A stretch of DNA of 31,993 nucleotides from Phycisphaerales bacterium (GTDB taxonomy: Bacteria > Planctomycetota > Phycisphaerae > Phycisphaerales > UBA1924), in the NCBI GenBank assembly GCA_049317625.1, contig JBMOHX010000001.1, positions 1-31,993 on the forward strand, written 5' to 3'. Position 1 is the first letter of the stretch. Each line of letters opens with the position of its first letter. Under the pieces are notes generated by a model. It did not search any database, had not been told where the DNA came from, and saw only the letters and a list, made by a program, of their open reading frames with translations. A program made the position numbers and the translations under genes. Shown here piece after piece: positions 15,503-23,322 of this stretch.

Positions 15503-17062
15503 ATGAATCGTGTTTCGACCTTGCTCTCGCTCCCCGTTGCGTTTCTCCTGCTGGCCGCCGGTGCACCCGTGAGCTTTGCTCAAGACCAGCCCGAGCACCA
15601 GGAAGATGATGCAAAGCCCAAGCCCAAAGCTCCGGAGCTGAAGCCTGATGCACCGGAGCAGCCGGCCGCGGTGGAGAAGCCGGCGGACGAGCAGCGCGAC
15701 GGCCCGGAGCACCGCCTGCTGCGGGACGCCGCGGAAGCGATCCGCGCGGCCAAGAGCCTCACGTACAAGGCGAGGGCGTACGGGACGGAGTCGATGGAGT
15801 CGATGTCTCCGAAGACCAACGCGTCGGTGTGGATGATGCGTGACGAGTCGGGCAACTGGCTTGTCCGAGCCAAGGGCACGGGCCAGGGGCGTTCGGGCGG
15901 CGACCAGGAGTTCGATGTCGCGTGGCGCAGGGAAACCGTCGAGTTCGTTGATCACAAGGAAAAGAAGGTCGTCGAGCGTCGGCCGCGCGAAGCCAGGAGC
16001 GGCGCGCTGCAGATCGCCTCGGCCTCGCGGATCGCGGAGCTGGTGGGACCGAATCCGTACGCGACGCTGTTCGCTGCGACTTCGCTCACGCTCGAGGATC
16101 GGCAGTCGGTCGCGGGCGTTGACTGCGACGTGCTCGTGGCGACGTCTGGCGCGAAGAAGTCGAAGGTTCGGTGGTGCTTCGGCGTCGAGGATCGCCTTCC
16201 CCGGAAGGTCGAGAAGATCATCGAGGGCGAGAAGGTCGCCGGCAGCATGGTGGTCGAGATTTCCGAGATCGAGGCCTCGCGCGACGAGTCGAAGGTGACG
16301 GCGGCGCAGGCCCGCGTGGAGGCTCCGAAAGACTACGCCGAAGACCGCTTCCAGCCGCGGGGCGCTCAGGACGCCGCGAACGCCGAGCTCCCGGCCGGGG
16401 AGCAGGCGAAGGTCGACGCGGAGAACGCCCGCCTGTTCGGCGGCGGCAGCCCCCAAAAAGGTCAGCCGGCGGAAGAGAAGTTGAGCGAGGACGAGATCAA
16501 GACCAGAGAGAAGCTTCGGGAGGCACAGGAGGCCGAGGCAAAGGCCAAGGCACAGGGGGGCGAACCGGCACCCAAGCCAGCCAATCCGCCGGTGCCCGCT
16601 GGCCCCGCCGCACCGACTCCCCAGCCGGCTCCCGCGGCCGCGCCCGTCCCCGTGACGAAGCTCCCGGCGTTTGAGATCACCTCGGCGTCGGGGAACAAGG
16701 TGAGCGTGGACTCGCTGAAGGGGTCGGTCGTGGTGATCGACTTCTTCGGCAGTTGGATGCCGCAGAAGTCATGGCAGCCAGCCTTGAACGCTTCGATCAA
16801 GGACGTTACCGACGTGAAGATCTACGCGGCCTCGGTCCGCGAGAAGTCGCAGGACGCGGCCGGGAAGGCGCTGAAGGATCGCAGCATCTCGTGGGAGCAC
16901 CTCCCGAACGCCGACCAGCTCGCGAAGGACCTGGGAATCAAGGTGTTCCCGGCGACGGTGGTCGTCGGCAAAGACGGCTCGATCGTGGAGATTTTCCAGA
17001 ACTGCCGGGGCGACGAGACGGCGGCGCGGGTGAAGGCGGCGGCGGAGAACGCTCGGAAGTAG
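15503..17062 (+). CDS. Secreted protein: LolA/DUF2092-like domain, Pro/Ala-rich linker, cysteine-less TlpA/thioredoxin-like domain, 519 aa
   Basis: GGAG at 15490-15493; signal peptide MNRVSTLL...VSFAQ; DRQSVAGVDCDVL...RLPRKVE typical of LolA-like folds; C-terminal LPAFEITSASGNKVSVDSLKGSVVVIDFFGSW and FPATVVVGKDG match the redoxin fold but CxxC is absent. Confidence 0.7.
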   Translation: MNRVSTLLSLPVAFLLLAAGAPVSFAQDQPEHQEDDAKPKPKAPELKPDAPEQPAAVEKPADEQRDGPEHRLLRDAAEAIRAAKSLTYKARAYGTESMESMSPKTNASVWMMRDESGNWLVRAKGTGQGRSGGDQEFDVAWRRETVEFVDHKEKKVVERRPREARSGALQIASASRIAELVGPNPYATLFAATSLTLEDRQSVAGVDCDVLVATSGAKKSKVRWCFGVEDRLPRKVEKIIEGEKVAGSMVVEISEIEASRDESKVTAAQARVEAPKDYAEDRFQPRGAQDAANAELPAGEQAKVDAENARLFGGGSPQKGQPAEEKLSEDEIKTREKLREAQEAEAKAKAQGGEPAPKPANPPVPAGPAAPTPQPAPAAAPVPVTKLPAFEITSASGNKVSVDSLKGSVVVIDFFGSWMPQKSWQPALNASIKDVTDVKIYAASVREKSQDAAGKALKDRSISWEHLPNADQLAKDLGIKVFPATVVVGKDGSIVEIFQNCRGDETAARVKAAAENARK

Positions 17063-17187
17063 CCGCCCGATGCTCGGCCTGGGGCGGTGAAGGAACGGGT
17101 ACCCTGGGTAGGTCACGCTTTGCTCCTCGCGGCATCTTAAAGGCTGCCAGCCGCGAACCCATCGCGGGGCACCAGGAGTCCTTACCC

Positions 17188-18333
17188 ATGTCGACCGCGT
17201 TCGGGAAGAGTGTTTTCCTCTTGACGGGATTGCTCGCGGTGGCCGGGAGCATGTGGCTGGCGATCGCGCGAGCGGAGCAGCCCGGGAACGACCTGTTGCG
17301 TTCCAGGATGCCGGGCTCTGAACCTTCGCCAGGGGAGAAATCCGACATGAAGATGGCCGAAACCTCCAAAGACCAGCCCTCGACCAAGAAGCTCTCGCGC
17401 TCGGCGTACGACATCACGCCGCTCACGAACGAGCGGATCGAGGAGCTCGCGAAGAAGCTCAAGCCGGAGGAGTCGCGGGTCATCCTGAACAAGGGCACCG
17501 AGCCGGCGTTCTGCGGCAACCTTCTCGACAACAAGAAGCAGGGCACGTACACCTGCCGCCTGTGCCAGCTTCCGCTGTTCTCGTCGGAGCACAAGTTCAA
17601 CTCGGGGACGGGTTGGCCGAGCTTCTTCCAGCCGGTGGACGTCGATCACGTCGCGTACAAGAAGGACGGGGCGCACGGCATGGAGCGCATCGAGATCCTC
17701 TGCACGCGGTGCGGCGGTCATCTCGGTCACGTCTTCGAGGACGGCCCTGCGCCGACGGGCTTGCGCTACTGCCTGAACTCGGTGTCGTTGGAGTTCTTTG
17801 AGAAGGGGGCGGAGCTGCCGGCGAAGCCCCTCGCCACGCAGACCGCGTACTTCGCGGGCGGTTGCTTCTGGGGGGTCGAGGACCGCTTCCAGCAGACCCC
17901 GGGGGTCGTGAACTCGGTCAGCGGGTACATGGGAGGCAAGGTCGAGAAGCCCACGTACAAGCAGGTGTGTTCGTCGGACACGGGCCACGCCGAAACAGTG
18001 ATGGTGACGTTTGATCCCTCGGTGATCAGCTACACGCAGCTGTTGGAGAAGTTCTTCAAGTTCCACGATGCGACGACCCTGAATCGGCAGGGGCCCGACG
18101 AGGGTGAGCAGTATCGCTCGGCGATCTTCACGAACGACGAGGAACAGCAGAAGGCGGCGAGGGCCTTGATCGATGAGCTCTCGAAGAAGCCCAAGTACCA
18201 GAAGCGCCCGATCGTGACCCAGGTGCTGGCCGCGAAGGATGCCGGAGAGTTCTGGCCCGCCGAGGCGTACCACCAGGACTACCACGAGAAGCACGGCGGC
18301 CACTGCGCGATGCCGCCCTCGGATGGGGATTGA
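17188..18333 (+). CDS. msrAB: Exported bifunctional methionine sulfoxide reductase, MsrB-MsrA order, 381 aa
   Basis: SD AGGAG 17174-17178; N-terminal hydrophobic signal/anchor; MsrB GTEPAF, CRLC, SGTGWPSF, CTRCGGHLGHVF, RYCLNS; MsrA FAGGCFWGVE, GHAE, QGPDEGEQYRSAIF, AEAYHQDY. Confidence 0.95.
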   Translation: MSTAFGKSVFLLTGLLAVAGSMWLAIARAEQPGNDLLRSRMPGSEPSPGEKSDMKMAETSKDQPSTKKLSRSAYDITPLTNERIEELAKKLKPEESRVILNKGTEPAFCGNLLDNKKQGTYTCRLCQLPLFSSEHKFNSGTGWPSFFQPVDVDHVAYKKDGAHGMERIEILCTRCGGHLGHVFEDGPAPTGLRYCLNSVSLEFFEKGAELPAKPLATQTAYFAGGCFWGVEDRFQQTPGVVNSVSGYMGGKVEKPTYKQVCSSDTGHAETVMVTFDPSVISYTQLLEKFFKFHDATTLNRQGPDEGEQYRSAIFTNDEEQQKAARALIDELSKKPKYQKRPIVTQVLAAKDAGEFWPAEAYHQDYHEKHGGHCAMPPSDGD

Positions 18334-18342
18334 CGTCGAGGT

Positions 18343-19626
18343 TCAGTACGCGGAGGTCTCTCGCCAACGGGCGACCTTGAGCCGGGGGCGGCCCGCGTTG
18401 GACTCGAAGGGTCCGAGGTCGAACTCGCCGGCCCCGTCGCCGTCGCCATCGGTCGGCCGAGCCGCTCCGAGGATGTCTGTCGTCGCTGCTCCAAGAGACG
18501 TACCTTGGTCGATCCCGACGGTGCCGGTCAGCGTGAAGTCACCGTCGGAGGCGTTCGCGTAGGTGGGCGTCTGGTTGAAGAGGATGTTGCGCTTGGTCGC
18601 GGCGACGAGCGATCCGCAGGACATCCAGTTGGAGCCGCAGGGGTTGCTGGTGAGGTTGTAGACGAGGAAGCTGTCCACAGTTCCCGACGGCGTGTAGATG
18701 TACGAGGTGTAGCTGTTGCCGACGATGTTGTTCGTGACGGTGCACGGGTTGGGGGAAGGCGTGTAGACATAGGTGCCGTAGTAGCACCCTTCCGCGAGGT
18801 TGTTCGAGATCGTGACGGAGTTCGTGGCGCTCGCGTAGGGGACGTAGCAGTACACGCCGTAGGTCGCGTCTGAGACCGCGTTGTTCTGGATCACGACGGT
18901 GTTGTTGGTGTTGACGTACGGGAGCGCGATGATCCCGTAGATGATGGTGTTGAGCTGGCCCGTGCGCTGGGTGGTGCTGAGGTACGAGGATCCGCTCAGC
19001 AGCACGCGGTTGCCGGTGATGGTCATGCGGTTGCCCCCGGTCTGGTACAGGTAGGTGCAGTAGCGGCTGGCCGCGTTGCGGATGAACGTGCAGGAGTTCA
19101 CTGTCAGGTTCTGGCCGAATGCGACGTAGAGGCCCCAGTTGGGCGTGACGGTGAAGACGCAGTCGTCGAACGTGAGGCCGCCGTTTGGGGAAACGCAATA
19201 CGCGTTGCCGGACGTCTGCCCCGACACTGTGAGTTTCTCGAACGACCAGTCTCCACTCGACTGCACCACCAGCCCATACGCGCGCGAGCTTCCCCCGCTG
19301 ATGGTGACCGCTCCGGGGGTCACTCCGAAGCGAGTGCCAGCGGTATCGCCCACGAGACGGATCGGCTGCGTCGGGGTGCCACGGCGCGTCGTGCTGCTGA
19401 GCGAGACTTGTTCCGGGTACGTTCCCGGACAGACGTAGATCGTCGCGCCCGGCAGCGAGACGAGGTTGACGGCCCGCTGGATTGTGCGGAGGGCGGTGTT
19501 CGCGGAGAGGCCGTCGTTCGAGTCGCTCCCCGTCGGCCGGACGAACAGCGTCTGCGCGCCGCAGATGGCGGGCGTCAGGACAGCCCAGGCCAGCGCCCAG
19601 TTCCAGTGCGGGGATCCTCTTGCCAT
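18343..19626 (-). CDS. Secreted right-handed parallel beta-helix (pectin-lyase-like) protein with choice-of-anchor-Q-like C-terminus, 427 aa
   Basis: Signal peptide MARGSPHWNWALAWAVLTPAICGAQ; FVRPTGSDSNDG...ALRTIQRAV..GATIYVCPGTY.E; repeated N/V/I-rich strands; IDQG...DILGAAR..DGDGDG...DLGPFE. Start ATG 19626 chosen over the 20022 extension. Confidence 0.8.
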   Translation of the reverse strand: MARGSPHWNWALAWAVLTPAICGAQTLFVRPTGSDSNDGLSANTALRTIQRAVNLVSLPGATIYVCPGTYPEQVSLSSTTRRGTPTQPIRLVGDTAGTRFGVTPGAVTISGGSSRAYGLVVQSSGDWSFEKLTVSGQTSGNAYCVSPNGGLTFDDCVFTVTPNWGLYVAFGQNLTVNSCTFIRNAASRYCTYLYQTGGNRMTITGNRVLLSGSSYLSTTQRTGQLNTIIYGIIALPYVNTNNTVVIQNNAVSDATYGVYCYVPYASATNSVTISNNLAEGCYYGTYVYTPSPNPCTVTNNIVGNSYTSYIYTPSGTVDSFLVYNLTSNPCGSNWMSCGSLVAATKRNILFNQTPTYANASDGDFTLTGTVGIDQGTSLGAATTDILGAARPTDGDGDGAGEFDLGPFESNAGRPRLKVARWRETSAY

Positions 19627-19783
19627 GGAGGGCTTTTCGGCGCTTTCAGAGGATCGCTTGAGCCGGGGATTCTCCAGACGACATCCTGCATTTTTTGAAT
19701 CGTGAGGGCGTGCTTCTTCGCTCTCGAGCTGGGGCAGCGGGGAGCCGATAAGTGCTGCCGAGTGCATACCGTTGGAGCATCTC

Positions 19784-20626
19784 ATGAAAAGCCTACTCGT
19801 GATTGTTTGTAGCGTGTTCGGTGTGTTGGGATCCTGCGCTGAGGCGCAGATCGGTCCGGGTCCGGTCCCCGCCAAGGAACCCAAGCCCGAGCCGGTCGCC
19901 CAACCCGCGGAGGAGAAGCTCCCCGCGCTCCCGGTGCCCACAGGCGTCGCGATGGAGCGTCGCCAGCTTGAGAGCGGCGTGGTGGTCGAGGACCTGCGGA
20001 TGGGTGATGGCGACGCGATCACCGCGACCTCGCACGCGGTCGTGCACTATCAGGGAGTGCTGAGGGCTGACGGGAAGGAGTTCGCCTCTTCGTACGCGCG
20101 GGGCGAGCCCTTTGCGCAGTCGTTCGCGACCGCGCTCAAGGGCTGGCGGGAGGGGCTCCCGGGGATGAAGGTGGGGGGTATCCGCCGGCTGACGATTCCC
20201 GCCGCGCTGGCCTACGCGGAGAAGGGCCTGAAGCGCAACACCGACCAGTTGGAGTTGGTGCCGCCCAACGCGGACGTCATCTTCACGGTCGAGATCGTCG
20301 ATTCGATCAAGGTCGAGGACATCAAGGAGGGTGAGGGAGAGCCGCTCTCTGGGCGGTTCGTCGCCGTCGGTCCTTTCACCATCAAGGACGAGGCCGGGAA
20401 CGTGCTCGAGAAGGCGGACCCCGACAAGCCGTACATCTGGGTGCACGGGGAGTACCAGCCCATGGATCTGGCGCTGGAGGGCATGAAGGCCGGGGGGCAC
20501 CGCCGCATCACTGTGCCGCGCCAGTTTGCGTTGGCCAAGGGGCTCGGGAAGAGCCACCCGGTTTCCAAGAAGGTGGTCATCGACTTCGAGATGATGTACT
20601 ACCGGTGCATTGACATCAAGGACTGA
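19784..20626 (+). CDS. Secreted FKBP-type peptidyl-prolyl isomerase with two FKBP-like domains, 280 aa
   Basis: GGAG 19774-19777; signal peptide; VHYQG..ADGKEFASS...GWREGLPGMKVGGIRRLTIPAALAY...PPNADVIFTVEI; degenerate second domain. Confidence 0.88.
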   Translation: MKSLLVIVCSVFGVLGSCAEAQIGPGPVPAKEPKPEPVAQPAEEKLPALPVPTGVAMERRQLESGVVVEDLRMGDGDAITATSHAVVHYQGVLRADGKEFASSYARGEPFAQSFATALKGWREGLPGMKVGGIRRLTIPAALAYAEKGLKRNTDQLELVPPNADVIFTVEIVDSIKVEDIKEGEGEPLSGRFVAVGPFTIKDEAGNVLEKADPDKPYIWVHGEYQPMDLALEGMKAGGHRRITVPRQFALAKGLGKSHPVSKKVVIDFEMMYYRCIDIKD

Positions 20627-20658
20627 GGCGGACGGGCCGTCTCGGGCGCTGGGGGCGG

Positions 20659-20667
20659 TGCTACACT
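20659..20667 (+). promoter_or_regulatory. Putative extended -10 element TG-C-TACACT
   Basis: 8 nt before ATG 20676; no SD in between. Confidence 0.55.
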
Positions 20668-20675
20668 TTCGCCCC

Positions 20676-21524
20676 ATGAAAAAGATCATCACCGCCGCCT
20701 CGATTGTGTGCCTCGCCGCTCTGACGGCTTCCGTGACCGCGCAGGAGGGCAAGACTGCTCCCGCGAGCGCTCCCCCCGCGAACGCTGCGCAGCCCGAGGC
20801 CGTGCAGCCGGCGACTCCCGCGGCCCCGCAGGGCATCCCGGTGCCGGATGGTCCCGTGGTCAATCGTCAGGAGCTCGAGGGTGGCCTCATTATCGAGGAC
20901 CTGAAGGTCGGCACCGGCTATGAGGTGCTTGCCGGGGGCGCTGTCGTTGCCCACTACCACGGCACACTGAAGGCCGACGGCAAGGTCTTTGATTCGTCCT
21001 TCCAGCGCGGCGAACCGGTGGCGTTCCCGCTGAGTGGTGTGATCGCTGGTTGGCAGAAGGGTGTTCCGGGGATGAAGATCGGCGGCGTCCGCCGCCTGAC
21101 CGTTCCCGCCGCGTTGGGCTACGGAGAGCGTGGCGCTGGTGCGTCGATCCCGCCGAACTCTGATCTCGTGTTCACGATTGAACTCGTGGACGCGATCCAG
21201 ACCGAGGACACCAAGGTCGGCGAGGGCGAGGCCATCAGCGGCCAGTGCGTCGCGGTGACCTACTTCACGATCACGGATGAGAACGGCAAGGAACTGGAGA
21301 AGTGCGATGCGACCAAGCCGCCGCACATCTGGTTCCCCAACGAGTACCAGCCGCTGAGCTTCGGGCTCGACGGGATGAAGCCGGGCGGAAAGCGGAAGAT
21401 CACCGCCCCCAAGGCGATGAACAAGGCCAACCCGAACCCGATGAGCGGTGCGCACCCGACTGATCAGAAGGTGATCATCGAGGTCGAGCTGGTTGCGGCC
21501 CGCAACCTGCAGCCGCGTCGCTGA
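20676..21524 (+). CDS. Secreted FKBP-type peptidyl-prolyl isomerase, tandem paralogue, 282 aa
   Basis: Signal peptide MKKIITAASIVCLAALTASVTAQ; canonical HYHGTLKADGKVFDSS...VIAGWQKGVPGMKIGGVRRLTVPAALGYGERG...IPPNSDLVFTIEL; degenerate second domain. Confidence 0.92.
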   Translation: MKKIITAASIVCLAALTASVTAQEGKTAPASAPPANAAQPEAVQPATPAAPQGIPVPDGPVVNRQELEGGLIIEDLKVGTGYEVLAGGAVVAHYHGTLKADGKVFDSSFQRGEPVAFPLSGVIAGWQKGVPGMKIGGVRRLTVPAALGYGERGAGASIPPNSDLVFTIELVDAIQTEDTKVGEGEAISGQCVAVTYFTITDENGKELEKCDATKPPHIWFPNEYQPLSFGLDGMKPGGKRKITAPKAMNKANPNPMSGAHPTDQKVIIEVELVAARNLQPRR

Positions 21525-21525
21525 T

Positions 21526-21969
21526 CTAGACGGGTCTCGCCAAATCGAGTTCGCTCTTGCCTTCTGCGACCGCCGCGATCGCCGCGATATGCCATTCCGA
21601 GAGGGGATGGTGCGCGAGGTCGCTGGGGGCTATCCAACGCGGTTGGCGTCCCGCCTCGGTCTGGAGAGTCGTTGCGGCGTCGATGGTGAGCGTGTAGAAC
21701 CAGGCGACGCGACGCGGGCCGATGCGGAGGGTGAGGCGGTGAGGCCCCAGGTCGGCGGGGGCTGAGCGGAGTCCGAGTTCTTCGAGGAGTTCGCGGGCGA
21801 TGCAAGCGTCCGGGTGCTCTCCGGGCTCTCGGCGTCCGCCGAAGCAGGTCAGCTTCCCCGCGGCGAGCCGGGTGTCGGGGGGCCGTTCTTCCAGCAAGTA
21901 GCGACCCGCGTGGTCGCGGATGATGGCGCAGCAGTACTCCGGCCAGCTTTCGTTGATGGTGGGCTCCAC
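21526..21969 (-). CDS. NUDIX hydrolase, 147 aa
   Basis: Nudix box GGRREPGEHPDACIARELLEELGL. Start GTG 21969 is preceded by TATCCT. The ORF-track extension to 23310 is antisense to ftsW. Confidence 0.88.
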   Translation of the reverse strand: MEPTINESWPEYCCAIIRDHAGRYLLEERPPDTRLAAGKLTCFGGRREPGEHPDACIARELLEELGLRSAPADLGPHRLTLRIGPRRVAWFYTLTIDAATTLQTEAGRQPRWIAPSDLAHHPLSEWHIAAIAAVAEGKSELDLARPV

Positions 21970-21976
21970 GCGGCGG

Positions 21977-22036
21977 AGGATACCTGGGGCGGCCGGCAGA
22001 AGATTGATCGTGGGAACTTGCGCGGGCCGATAGGAT
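21977..22036. promoter_or_regulatory. Divergent -10 hexamers: TATCCT (minus, 21977-21982, NUDIX) and TAGGAT (plus, 22031-22036, ftsW)
   Basis: 7 nt and 8 nt before the respective start codons in a 75-bp divergent intergenic region. Confidence 0.5.
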
Positions 22037-22044
22037 GAGGCTCC

Positions 22045-23322
22045 ATGATCCGCGCCGGACACGTCATCGCGCTGTGCGTCATCGCGCTGCTCACCATCGG
22101 TGTTGTGATGGTGAACTCGGCGGTGATGTCTGTTGCGCGCGTGGGCACGACGGCGCCCCAGGTGCCGGTGCTGACGGCGGACGCGATCATCCTGTCGAGG
22201 CAAACGCTGTACATGCTGCTGGCCGTGGCGGCGATGGGTGTGGGGGCGATGCTCCCGGCTCGCCGCATGCTCGCGATGCTGCCAGGACCGTTCGAGGCGG
22301 ATGACCTCGTGGGCTTGGCGAAGCCGCTGGCGATTGTCGGTGGGGCGATGCTGCTCGCGTGCGGGCTGGTGTACGTTCCGGGGCTGGGAGCGGAGATCAA
22401 CGGCGCGCACCGCTGGCTGAGGTTGCCGGTTCCGGGGATGGGTGACGCGCTGAGCGTGCAGCCGAGCGAGCTGGCCAAGTGGGGGCTCATCCCGCTGGTC
22501 GCGTGGTACTGCTGGGCGCGGGCGGGGCAGATCGGGGAGTTCGCCCGCGGTTTGCTGCCGATGCTCCTGATCGTGGGCGCGATCTCGGGGTTCATCATCC
22601 TTGAGGATCTCGGGACGGGGGCGCTCATCGGGGGGATGGCCTGCCTGCTGCTGGTGGCGGGCGGCGCGAAGGTCTGGCACTTTCTGCTGTGCGTTCCCAT
22701 CGGGGTGCTCGGGCTGAGCGCGGCGATTCTGTCGAGCGACTACCGCCGCAAGCGGATCCTCGCGTTCCTTGACCCGTACGACGATCCGAAAGGGATTGGG
22801 TACCACACGGTTCAGTCGCTGATCTCGGTTTCGAACGGCGGGGGTTTCGGGCGCGGCCTCGGCCACGGCCTCCAGAAGTTCGGGTACCTGCCGGAGGACA
22901 AGAACGACTTCATCTTCGCGGTGATCTGCGAGGAGCTGGGCATCGCCGGGGCCGCGCTGGTCTGCGGCTTGTTCGCGATGCTGCTGGTGGCGGGCTTCGC
23001 GGTTGCGAAACGCGAGCGCAACTCGATCCTCAGGCTGGTCGCCTTCGGAGTCCCGGCGATGGTGGGATTCCAGGCGGTGTTCAACCTTGCGGTGGTGACC
23101 GGGCTTGCGCCGAACAAGGGGATCGCTCTGCCGCTGCTCTCGGCGGGCGGCACCGGGTGGATTCTCACGGCGTTCTCGCTGGGCGTTGTGATCTCGATCG
23201 ATCGGACCCGAGTGGCGGCCGCGCCGCTGCCGGTGATCGACATGCACCCCGCGAGCTCGGAGGCCGGTGCCCCGTCCGATCCCGGCCCTGACCTCACGGC
23301 CCCGGTTCACGCGCAGGCATGA
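22045..23322 (+). CDS. ftsW: SEDS-family peptidoglycan glycosyltransferase FtsW
   Basis: INGAHRWL, VQPSELAK, EDLGT, FLDPY.DP.GIGYHTVQSL, GLQKFGYLPE.KNDFIFAVICEELG, PNKGIALPLLSAGGT; followed directly by murG. Confidence 0.92.
   Translation: MIRAGHVIALCVIALLTIGVVMVNSAVMSVARVGTTAPQVPVLTADAIILSRQTLYMLLAVAAMGVGAMLPARRMLAMLPGPFEADDLVGLAKPLAIVGGAMLLACGLVYVPGLGAEINGAHRWLRLPVPGMGDALSVQPSELAKWGLIPLVAWYCWARAGQIGEFARGLLPMLLIVGAISGFIILEDLGTGALIGGMACLLLVAGGAKVWHFLLCVPIGVLGLSAAILSSDYRRKRILAFLDPYDDPKGIGYHTVQSLISVSNGGGFGRGLGHGLQKFGYLPEDKNDFIFAVICEELGIAGAALVCGLFAMLLVAGFAVAKRERNSILRLVAFGVPAMVGFQAVFNLAVVTGLAPNKGIALPLLSAGGTGWILTAFSLGVVISIDRTRVAAAPLPVIDMHPASSEAGAPSDPGPDLTAPVHAQA

Noticed and set aside
14583-15653. 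N-terminal extension of the CPBP ORF
   Set aside because: Entirely antisense to trpC; low-complexity, with no membrane or family features.
16741-16790. Selenocysteine explaining the missing CxxC in the thioredoxin-like domain
   Set aside because: The codons read TGG ATG CCG CAG AAG TCA TGG, with no in-frame TGA; MsrA and MsrB also use plain Cys.
21970-23310. N-terminal extension of the NUDIX ORF (594 aa in the track)
   Set aside because: Antisense to ftsW. A GTG at 21969 with TATCCT upstream gives a normal 147-aa NUDIX.
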